A stretch of DNA of 38,389 bases from Asterionella formosa (lineage: Eukaryota), in contig NKIB01015085.1 of the NCBI GenBank assembly GCA_002256025.1, forward strand, positions 1 through 38,389, given 5' to 3'. The position numbers and the translations under genes were made by a program. Positions 22,076-31,380 of this stretch are shown in pieces (position 1 is the stretch's first letter; the number at the start of each line of letters is the position of its first letter). The notes beneath the pieces were generated by a model. The model worked only from the letters and a program-made list of their open reading frames with translations, was not told the DNA's origin and did not search any database.

Positions 22076-23933
22076 CTCCCTCTGTCTAGTAACAGTTGCA
22101 TCGATTCACCGGCACCAACAGTGTCTTTACTGTTCGCATATGAAGAATTATGTAGCCAACATGCGAAATTTCTACGTGAGGGTCGGCGTACTCGAAAAAA
22201 TGCGTTTTTTATGAGTTACATAGACGTGAACATATACTCTGTTTTTGTAATTAAATAAGCATCTAAATAAGTTAATCGAAACCAATTTAACATATATTTA
22301 TACATTGGGTACATGTAGATAGATATCAAGCAATGCTAATGCATTGATTTTGCATCATCATTTTTTCAGAGCCGCCTTCCCAATGTGAGGTATGTTATAA
22401 TTGTTGTCGCCATTAACCAAAATAATCTCTTCCAAGCAACCCTGTAATGTTAAGAAAGAACAATTTAATCTGGTTGGTTCAAAAAAAACGAATGCTGCCT
22501 GCACTGCCTCTATCAAACCGTCGATGTCGTTGTGGGCTTCTTCCACAGAGTCCCATTGACCTGACTGTAATGCCCTAAAAAAAGATAGATCGTTGATATT
22601 CAAATCCGGACTGTTCGCTGGTTGCTTAGTCAATCGAATATCCCATTCTTCATCTGTTGCAGCTGCTACAAAGGGAGCAAAATCGGAACCAAAATGTTTT
22701 GAGGCATTGTCGTGCTGTAGATATATTCGTTTTTTCATCGGGCCACTTCGCTTTTATCATAGGTGAAACATTATCAACAATCATGTCAGCATATGATAAC
22801 TGTTTTGTCACTGGGAGTGACTTTGTTTCCATTGTCCCTGCCAGTCGATAAATTGAACTTCTTTGCGCTGCTACTTGGTGCACAAATGGCCAAATTCCAA
22901 TTTTACCATCAAACGTACACACTTTTTCGTCGTCAAAACGCGGATGTGTCACAGCAGAAAGGAACATGACCTTTTCGATATGCTCCTTATGTTTCGTCCG
23001 CCTTGTGGGAGCCTCTTCTCCATGAGCCAGATATTTTTCAACTTTCCTTCTGAAACAAAGAACCACTTTTCATCTATATGGACCTGGTCGTAGAAAACAT
23101 CATAGTAACCAAACAGTCCCGGATCAAAATCAACATCAGGGGAAGGATGTTCTTGATCTGGATGGTTCAATTGTAAATGATTAACACAATACATAAAACG
23201 ACTTATCTTACCCTCCTCCGAAAGCATCGGCTTGACTGCACTTGTGTGCGGTTGTATTACATTCTCTCTGTTATCCTTTGCAATCCAAAAGACTGTTGAC
23301 TTGGGAAGGGCAAGAGCAGCTGCTAATTTCCGATAAGTAGTACGCTTGCAATATGGAATATCTCTAATTGCTGTAATTATTTCTTCGCGTGGGTATTTGC
23401 AAGTATACCCAGTCAATAATTTGCGGGAAAGCGATGCAAACACATAAGTATCATCATTATAATAGGATTCGAGCGCGCAGCTCCAAATACGTTGTATAGC
23501 TGTTTTATCAACTTTGAACCGGCCTGCCAAAAATTTAACGGTTCCACACACTAAAATGAGCCGACCATCTATTTCGTCCCCTCCATCAGGTCCTTTTTGG
23601 AGGTTCCGTAAACCATAATCCAACATGAGTTGACGCTCTTCTGGTGTTAGATCCTTTCTCATGTGCTTGTTGAGAAGAGGTGGTGGCAAGAAAAAAGGGG
23701 GGTCAGGCATCTGCATTTCGCTCGAGATGAGCAAAAGTGGAAGTCGAAAAGCCGAAAAACTTTTTTTTCAGATGTAGTTGCCAATTTTAATCTTTCTATA
23801 TATTATATATACATGGATCGGTAGCTGAGAGCAAGCTGCACCATACGGCTATTGAGCCGGAGAAAATCGTGTGAGTCAAAATGGCCCCGGATAAATTTGA
23901 ATTATCGATGCAACTGTTACTAGACAGAGGGAG
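22076..23933 (-). mobile_element. Tc1/mariner DD39D (plant-mariner/Stowaway-type) DNA transposon, 1858 bp
   Basis: Perfect 30-bp TIRs CTCCCTCTGTCTAGTAACAGTTGCATCGAT (22076-22105; 23904-23933). TA duplication at 22074-22075 and 23934-23935. Confidence 0.95.
22358..23716 (-). pseudogene. DD39D mariner transposase with two frameshifts
   Basis: Motifs VHIDEKWF, KVMFLSAV, FDGKIGIWPF, QHDNA and QPANSPDLNINDLSFF, with exactly 39 residues between the 2nd and 3rd Asp. Frameshifts near 23035 and 22733. Confidence 0.9.
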
Positions 23934-24307
23934 TACCTGGTACCAGGTAGTCGTTACCGGTTCCTGGGAGTACTTACTATCTTAGACGTCCTAGCTCGGT
24001 ATGCACCACACAATCGCTCGGTTAGCCACGAAAATTGATTTTACTATGTTCTATGTTGTTCTTTTGTATTCTTTCAAAGATATCTTGTACCGCCCTCCCA
24101 GGCGTTATTTATAGAATTTATTACTCCAAATAGAGTATCAAGTCCAATGCTCGCGCATCTTGGTCACTGACCTTCGGTAATTGCACCTGGAGTACATTAT
24201 ATATGGTTGCTGGTGCTTGATTCTGGCATGGTATGTAGTAATTCATGGCCTCCTTTATCCATACCACGTTGTGTCCCTCTTCATTCATCTGATTACTGAC
24301 CTCCGCG

Positions 24308-25807
24308 ATGCAAAAATCCCTCATTGCTCTGGCCTTGGTTGGCCTCGTTGACTCGGTCAGCTACATGGTTGTCGCTCCATCCCTCATCTTTTATGTCCTT
24401 CAATCAGGAGGTACAAAGGAGAACTACGGGATTATTTTATCTGCCTTTTCCTTTGCATCCTTCTGCTTCAAACCGATTTTGGGCGCCTGGTCGGACCGGG
24501 TTGGCTATCGACTTCCATATATAGTTGCACTAACAACGAGTGCTGTTGGTGGAATCGCCTATCTTTCCGCCAGTTCCTATACACAGCCGCAACTAGCCGT
24601 GGATATTATGCTTGTGGGCCGTTTGTTGGGTGGCGTGGGTGGGGCATCCTCGGCACTGGGGTTTGCATTTTCGGCCAAAGTGGTGGATCACGCGGATCAG
24701 ACCAAAGTCAATAGTTTGTTATCCATGGTTCGAATACTAGGAATGGCCTCCGGTCCGGTTGTAAATGTATTTTTGTCCAAGATTAACATGAATTGGGGTC
24801 ATTTTCATTTGGGCCCGTTAAACAGTGTGGGGCTAGTTTTGTTTGGCTCCAATATTCTTGGTGTTATTATTATATTCTTCCTCTTGGAAGAGCCTGACGT
24901 TACTACTAGTGCATCACATCATTCTACGCACGAGGCGAAAATTGCAAGTCCGGAAGTATCATCTAAGAATGGTTTATTTGCCGCTGTGAGACCCGCCCTT
25001 TGTTTGGAAGTGGTAACTCCAATTCTATCAACTTTGTGGCTCAATGCAAATTTTCAGCTCATCGAAACTGGCTTCGCACCTGCAGCATCTCATGCATTGG
25101 GATGGGGACCTGTCGGAACTTCTACTATACTTGGTTCCCTTAGTCTCATCCTTGCCATCACCATGTTGTTTGTTTATCAATTGAGCATCAAAGGTTTTTC
25201 CGATGAGACGTTGCTTAAAATTGGCCAAGGGATAAGTGTTGTTGCATACACACTGATGTGGGCGATGTGGGTATGGAAAACGCCAGAATGGAAATTTGTG
25301 CTTCCAATTCTTATTGCCACTTGTGCGTTTCCCTTTTTGGCTGCCCCTAGTCGAAGTGTTTTTACAAAGGCCGTGGATTCGATTCCTGAATTGGCAGAAA
25401 GCCAGGGAGTGATGCAAGCTGTTCTTTCCATGGCCGCCAGTGTGGCTGGATTTGCCACCCCTGGGTTGGTTGCTACTTACGTGCTGAGACATCCCACACA
25501 AGTGGAGGCAAGTCACGATCATCGAGAGCTGGCACCAACGGCCCTCGTCGCCCCATGTGGCAGTTTCGTTGTATTAGTTGCTGTTTTTATGATTGACATT
25601 AAGGCCAAGGCCGCGGGCATCAAGGACGACAAGATAGTTGGGGAAGCAACATCCCTGCTGTTGGATTCGGAATTGAATGATGAAGGGGTGGAGAGAAATT
25701 TTTCTGTTAGTGTCGAAGTGAACCGAAGGCTTTCAGGTGCAATGATGGCAGGAATTTGCCAGACAAGCCTGGTAGGTGAACACGATGAACCACATCCTAG
25801 CCGATGA
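24308..25807 (+). CDS. Major facilitator superfamily transporter (MFSD8/CLN7-like)
   Basis: 499-aa ORF with about 12 hydrophobic segments, MFS motif A (GAWSDRVGYR), GRLLGGVG, and a C-terminal EATSLL dileucine-like signal. Confidence 0.88.
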   Translation: MQKSLIALALVGLVDSVSYMVVAPSLIFYVLQSGGTKENYGIILSAFSFASFCFKPILGAWSDRVGYRLPYIVALTTSAVGGIAYLSASSYTQPQLAVDIMLVGRLLGGVGGASSALGFAFSAKVVDHADQTKVNSLLSMVRILGMASGPVVNVFLSKINMNWGHFHLGPLNSVGLVLFGSNILGVIIIFFLLEEPDVTTSASHHSTHEAKIASPEVSSKNGLFAAVRPALCLEVVTPILSTLWLNANFQLIETGFAPAASHALGWGPVGTSTILGSLSLILAITMLFVYQLSIKGFSDETLLKIGQGISVVAYTLMWAMWVWKTPEWKFVLPILIATCAFPFLAAPSRSVFTKAVDSIPELAESQGVMQAVLSMAASVAGFATPGLVATYVLRHPTQVEASHDHRELAPTALVAPCGSFVVLVAVFMIDIKAKAAGIKDDKIVGEATSLLLDSELNDEGVERNFSVSVEVNRRLSGAMMAGICQTSLVGEHDEPHPSR

Positions 25808-26009
25808 GACAGGCATGATCCATCTATATGCACCACTTTAGTACCTTGAAGTTTGAAAAGTTATGACTGTACATAGCATCATTGGGACATCCTAATCCGA
25901 TCCCACATACTCTATTTCAGCTTCATAATAGATATTGTAGGTCAATAGAGAGAATAATAACTTTTCGTCAAAATGTAGCCAACGCCCTCATGCTTAAAGT
26001 ATTCAGCCA

Positions 26010-26261
26010 AGGTACCTGGTACTGGTACCTGGAAGTTGTGGTAATCATGCTCTAGCTATTTTTATCCCATATTAAATTGCATATTTAAAACTTGCAGGTA
26101 CCTGGTACCACCTGGTACTGGTAGCTATGATTACGATGCTGGTAGAATGTCAGAGTAATGCCTCAGAGAATGTTGGATGACTAATAATAATTTACGCTGG
26201 GTGCAACTCTCACGCTACCTGGCACCTGGTACCTGGTACAGTAAACACTACCGTACCGGTA
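26010..26261. repeat. CCTGGTA/GGTACC motif cluster upstream of the SDR gene
   Basis: GGTACCTGGTACTGGTACCTGG; CAGGTACCTGGTACCACCTGGTACTGG; CCTGGCACCTGGTACCTGGTAC. Confidence 0.85.
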
Positions 26262-26328
26262 TTGATTTTGAACGAGCCATCAAAGAAGCAAATTTCTGGT
26301 AACCAACCAAGAATACAACACAGCAATC

Positions 26329-27603
26329 ATGAAATACAAGCATCCTCCCATCTACCCAGGTGCCCGACCAAGCTCCCAGCTCCTCTTGGACTTCCTGATA
26401 AGCTTTGGTCCTGCCTTCTGGAACTGGACAGCGGTTCCACTGGGACCAGCATTGGCTTTGTTATACAACGTCGCTGCTGCTCTCTTTCTCGTCGGGTGGA
26501 ATGAAGGAACGTTCCAACAACACGTTCCTTCCATAGTTGTGAGGACAGCGGTTCTTCTGCTCTCACTCGCAGCCGCGAAAGCTCTAACGGACTTGCACGC
26601 ACCAATGATTTTTGGGACTGTTCCAGTTTTCATGTGGACATTCATGATCGGTGCCTACTCCATCTCCCGAACTCGTTTGTATGTCGTCGAGGGAGTCGAG
26701 CCAAAGCTCGAAAGATTTTGTATGCGAGGAAAAGTGGTGATTGTTACTGGTGCCAATACTGGTATTGGCCTTGAGACAACACGGCGGCTGGTTAAGGAAG
26801 GAGCTCGTGTTATCATGGCTTGTCGATCAGAAGAGAACGCGCTTGAAGCCATGGAAGAAATCAAAGAGTACTATTTTAAGCGTCGTTTGCTAATTGACGA
26901 CAGCCAGTTGATTTTCGTGCCTTTGGATCTAGCTGATTTTGCGTCCGTACGGAATGCAGCGAACACTGTGTTACAAATGGATCTGCCATCACTTGACTGC
27001 CTGATTAACAATGCTGGAATCATGATGGGCGAAAAGAAATTAAGCAAAGATGGAAACGAGCTTTGCATGCAAGCCAATTATTTGGGGCATTTCCTCTTCA
27101 CAACGATGCTACTATCGAAACTAGAGGAGAATCCAGGGGCTCGCGTCTTGAATATCACGTCCAGCACTTATGCGATTGCCGATAAAGGCATGGATTTTGA
27201 CGACCTCATGTGCGAAAAGACTCGCAAATATACTCTCTTTGGTCAGTACGCGCAGTCAAAGTTGGCAAATATTCTATTTACCAAGGAGCTTGCGAAAAGA
27301 CATGACAAACTGCGGAGTTATGCAATTCACCCTGGGTTGGTCCGAACAGACGTCGTTCGTAATATGCCGGCTTGGCTATATTATCCTAACATTGTATTTG
27401 GATTTATTGTGGCAAGTTTGCAGAAAATGCCGGTACAAGGAGCTTATACTAGTATTTGGGCTGCATGCACAAACAATCCTCCTGCAAATGGATCTTACCT
27501 TGTCAATTCCAAAGCAACTACGACAAATTCATTTGCTACGAACGAAGCGCAGGCCATAAAGCTTTGGAATCTAAGTGAGGAGCTGGTTGGTCTCATCAAG
27601 TAG
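26329..27603 (+). CDS. Short-chain dehydrogenase/reductase (RDH12/WWOX-like) with hydrophobic N-terminal extension
   Basis: Motifs TGANTGIG, MACRS, LDLA, INNAG, NYLGHF, catalytic YAQSK and HPGLVRT. Confidence 0.92.
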   Translation: MKYKHPPIYPGARPSSQLLLDFLISFGPAFWNWTAVPLGPALALLYNVAAALFLVGWNEGTFQQHVPSIVVRTAVLLLSLAAAKALTDLHAPMIFGTVPVFMWTFMIGAYSISRTRLYVVEGVEPKLERFCMRGKVVIVTGANTGIGLETTRRLVKEGARVIMACRSEENALEAMEEIKEYYFKRRLLIDDSQLIFVPLDLADFASVRNAANTVLQMDLPSLDCLINNAGIMMGEKKLSKDGNELCMQANYLGHFLFTTMLLSKLEENPGARVLNITSSTYAIADKGMDFDDLMCEKTRKYTLFGQYAQSKLANILFTKELAKRHDKLRSYAIHPGLVRTDVVRNMPAWLYYPNIVFGFIVASLQKMPVQGAYTSIWAACTNNPPANGSYLVNSKATTTNSFATNEAQAIKLWNLSEELVGLIK

Positions 27604-27729
27604 AACGAATGTTTCGTGATGCGCATAGCAGAATGAATTAATAGGTTATTGTAATCTAATGAATATTCTCTCTGTAGCTGTTTCGAACCGTGTCAACCAC
27701 CGTGACGCTCGCCCCGTCCCCTCAATTTA

Positions 27730-29883
27730 TTATTTGTATTGAGCTAGTTGGTTATGGATCCCTTCCCCAGAATTGGATCTATTGGTAACATTGCCATTAT
27801 CGATTTCACCTCGGCTCCAATCATAGACAAGGGCATGATCCAATAAATTCGAAATATTGCCCCAATCTTTCAAGGCATAAACTGCCTCGCTCTTTTTCTC
27901 AAAGGCTTCTTCCAAAATCTGTCTTGCCTCCCTGATTTCCAAGGGTCCAAAGTCTTCTGGATGTTGTGAAATCGGAACAAACTGCCCTACGCCTACCTTC
28001 AAATTTGATTCACGGTAGAATCCCAAAATCTCCATTGCTGAGCTGTAAGCAGGAAACCCAAGCCGTTCTCCAGTCCGCATAGCCTTGAAATTCTTTGCCA
28101 ATACATATGCAACTTCGCTCTCCCGTGACGCATCGTCTGTCAGGCGAGCCTGTGGAAGTGAAGCATGAATTGGTGAAGGAGGTGATCGTATAAGGGGCGA
28201 TGCATGCGACACAGAATGTCCATGGCGCAAGGGGAGCGGCCCCACTGTATTTCTCGGGTGCATTCCCAGTCGTCCCGGTGGTCGTGATAGACTCATAGAA
28301 TGATGCATAGAATCCATCGCTGGTCGCATCGGCGGCACACCCGTATGTTGCGGTGGATACCGCAATTGAGGTGGCATATCAGTATCATGGAAGGAATCGG
28401 GCGGCGCAGCTGCATGCGTGACACGAGAAGGTAGCCCAACGTGATATGGGACTCGAGGCGTCATACCTTGAATCTGTAAAGCTGGAACTTGAATAGGCAT
28501 GCCAGAAGGAGGTCCATCTGAACCACCAAAACTTTCCTCTGAAGCCCTTTGATAGGATTCATTGTGTATTTGTTCCATTCTTTCCACGGCTGATGATAGC
28601 ACCCTAAGTTGCTCGCGGGTAGAATCGGAATACACCGACAGAACCCGAGATATATGTGTATTTGGATTCGGAATATTGTGGTAAGGTCGACCATAATCCG
28701 GGCTGCCGTCTGGGTTCTGGTTGTAGCCAATGACTTGCCATTGCAATGGATAAAGTCCGTTCACACATTCTTCTGTCCATTGCATCACCCCTTTAATCGC
28801 ATCTCTCAAACGTGGAATGTTGGAAAAAGGAACGAAAGGAGCATCCATTCGTGTCCCGTCGTCATTGCTGAAACCCCGTGATAATGGCATGTTGGGACTG
28901 TGGAATCTCCCGTCTTGCTTGCCATCGGAGGGTGTCGAACGATGTCGTTTGTTTCGTTTTGATCTTACTTTTACAGCGGGTGTAAATCCTGGGGCAATAT
29001 CTTTGAAACCTTTCGTTCTTGCATCTGGGGCGACTTCGATCTTGAAATCTTGGTCCTGGTGATTCTTTGAGACATCCTCGATACGAAATCGCAAAGTTGC
29101 ATGGCCAGAGGATGGATCAGTACCAACATTGGATGGACCAAGAGATCGCAGGATGTCTTGCTTAATGACTTTGAATGGTGGATCACTTGCGTAGCAAAGA
29201 GTCAATTGAAGAGGTATACGCTCGCCAGTATACAAATTGTTGTTCACGTCGAATAGCGATGCCGTTACAGTCATACACTTGTCTCGGCCTCCCTCGTCTT
29301 TGTACCAAATATTTTCAAACTCCTCGTCGGGTGTTATTTTGATTTTGTGATTCACCAGGAATATTGGCCTACTGGTCACTGGCTGAAGGCCTCGCAGGGA
29401 AGCTCGCGCTTCTTCTTTGGGTGACAGGCGAATTACGTAGCATTCTGCTTGATCTTTATTATGTCTAGAGGAAGGGGGCTTGTTTGATCGAATTTTGCAG
29501 CTGACTTTCTGCTTCTTTCTCGGCGGGTCACTCCGTAACGTGAACCATATAGTCGAAGGTTCCATCCACAGGGTGGCATCATCATTTGCAAGTCGACCAG
29601 ATTTGAAGTGATGCAACGTCACCACAAACTCAATGTCGGTGTCCCCGGTCCTGTTGAGACTACTAGTGTCGGTATCCCCGGTCCTGTTGGGACTACACAC
29701 TTTCTTCTCTTTATGAAATTCGATTTCAAATTCGATTTGGAACAATTCGTTTGCGAACACGTGCGTCGGAGCTTGCCGTCGAACGAACAATGCTGTTTCG
29801 CCACCGGCATTGGCAGGCCTTGGCAGTGGTGTCGTCATACTGCCGCTGCTTGTGGACGATGCAGGCGAAATTTTCTCGGACAT
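27730..29883 (-). CDS. 717-aa protein, putative Ig-fold (CudA-like) transcription factor
   Basis: Long ORF with core WYKDEGGRDKC...FRIEDVSKNHQDQDFKIEV...PAVKVRSKRNKRHR (NLS-like), a Pro/His/Met-rich low-complexity region and a globular C-terminus. The gene is well supported; the function is inference. Confidence 0.7.
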   Translation of the reverse strand: MSEKISPASSTSSGSMTTPLPRPANAGGETALFVRRQAPTHVFANELFQIEFEIEFHKEKKVCSPNRTGDTDTSSLNRTGDTDIEFVVTLHHFKSGRLANDDATLWMEPSTIWFTLRSDPPRKKQKVSCKIRSNKPPSSRHNKDQAECYVIRLSPKEEARASLRGLQPVTSRPIFLVNHKIKITPDEEFENIWYKDEGGRDKCMTVTASLFDVNNNLYTGERIPLQLTLCYASDPPFKVIKQDILRSLGPSNVGTDPSSGHATLRFRIEDVSKNHQDQDFKIEVAPDARTKGFKDIAPGFTPAVKVRSKRNKRHRSTPSDGKQDGRFHSPNMPLSRGFSNDDGTRMDAPFVPFSNIPRLRDAIKGVMQWTEECVNGLYPLQWQVIGYNQNPDGSPDYGRPYHNIPNPNTHISRVLSVYSDSTREQLRVLSSAVERMEQIHNESYQRASEESFGGSDGPPSGMPIQVPALQIQGMTPRVPYHVGLPSRVTHAAAPPDSFHDTDMPPQLRYPPQHTGVPPMRPAMDSMHHSMSLSRPPGRLGMHPRNTVGPLPLRHGHSVSHASPLIRSPPSPIHASLPQARLTDDASRESEVAYVLAKNFKAMRTGERLGFPAYSSAMEILGFYRESNLKVGVGQFVPISQHPEDFGPLEIREARQILEEAFEKKSEAVYALKDWGNISNLLDHALVYDWSRGEIDNGNVTNRSNSGEGIHNQLAQYK

Positions 29884-30130
29884 CTTCTAACCTGATTCGC
29901 TTGTAATTGGAACGTTCTTTCTCCTTTTTCGCGTTCACTTTTCCTTTTGTTATTAATGGAAGTATCAATAAGCGAGACTTCCTCGAACGCGAAATGAATT
30001 CTATCGAGGAGTTCAAATAGCGAAGGCCTCAACGATTTGCTCCCAGCTGACTGAGATTCCCCAAGTATCAAACGCCGACTTTTTTCGCCTACGAGCGTTG
30101 ATTTTGTATTAAGGATATCGAGGCAAACAT

Positions 30131-30150
30131 GAATTGAATTGAATTGAATT
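30131..30150. repeat. (GAATT)4 microsatellite
   Basis: Read directly from the sequence. Confidence 0.8.
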
Positions 30151-30942
30151 GCCTTGACCACACATTTGATGAGTTGAATGAATAGGGGCTGGATGTCGTC
30201 GAAATTCGTGTTTCATGTGTATTCAAACTGTTGACAGAGCGTTCTTTCGCGCTGGCCCAAGTCACTATCATTTTTTCTTGACGTTCACTTACAATGTAGG
30301 AAGGGACAAATACATGTGTATCGACTAAATACTCAAATTATCGTTTCGATAGCCGACCCAACGAAGGTTCCTACACTCATTCCTCGTCGCTTGAATTCGT
30401 TCCCAGAACAGTCTAGACTACATACGTCTCAGTACTAGAACATTCAAGCAACAGTCACAGAAAGTTACGCATTATTTTAGTCTTGTACTCCTTTCTATCC
30501 AATACAGCTCGATAGTATAATTACATTACCGGTATCCAACATGCGAGTGGATATCGGTCTCTGTTTCCGCCAAAATTTATGTATAGTTTGTACATACAAA
30601 GATATATTGAGTATCTTTTATCCCACATACGGCAAGGAATAATAGATTAAAAAGGCAACAATACCGTTGGAAAAATGAGCATCCTGTCACCTTCATTGTC
30701 GCTCACAGCGTATATGATATATGAATGTATTCGTAGGCTATGGGAATCTAGTCTGCCGTAGATATCGGTATACTGGTATGTAGACCATGATTACCGTAGT
30801 TTTCTTAAAATGCTTCGAACTCGGTGGCTTGAATTCTTTACGTAGATTCTTACATGTCAGTTAGTACTCCATAGTAGTACCAATTTCCCGGTACTTTTCT
30901 CTCCGTTGCTAGCCTTCCTACTAAATACACTAATAAACTTAC

Positions 30943-31380
30943 TGTCAATTAACATGCTGTCTCCTCAATTGATAATTCTAAAATTATAAGCTAAACTTAA
31001 TGTTTCCATTCCATGTATCTTTGCTTCCCACAAAGTCGTTCGAAGACTCTCATCGAATTTCCACTTAACAATCCATAGAAATCTTCAACCTTTGATCTCA
31101 TTAGATAGCTGATTTGCATGGCAATGCAAGATTTGACTCATTGCATTATAGCCAAGTCCACAATCCTCGTGAATCAAAAAAGAATTCTTGACATCCTCCC
31201 CATTGCCACATTCAAGAAGCTGTAACATTGGTTCAGCCAGAACTGGTTCCTTAGACAAACTCATATGAATCTGTTCCTTGACATTCTTGTTCAAAATGTC
31301 TGCAAGGGTGTTTTTCGACCTAATAAAAATGACTTCCAATTCTTCATCCTGAATCATGTCCTTCTCATGATGATAGTGCT
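30943..31380 (-). mobile_element. Ty1/Copia 3' remnant (RNase H end, PPT, 3' LTR)
   Basis: HYHHEKDMIQDEELEVIFIRSKNTLADILNKN resembles the Copia RNase H C-terminus. On minus, GGGGAGGA directly precedes TGTCAA at 31193; candidate LTR end TTGACA at 30943. Confidence 0.65.

Noticed and set aside
24308..27603. MFS plus SDR as a metabolic gene cluster
   Set aside because: Only adjacency of two common families; no pathway-specific evidence.
29892..30315. Upstream coding exon for the 717-aa gene (GTAAGT donor at 30292 on minus, acceptor 29892)
   Set aside because: The splice puts the upstream ATG (30315) out of frame; at most a 5'UTR intron, unsupported without transcripts.
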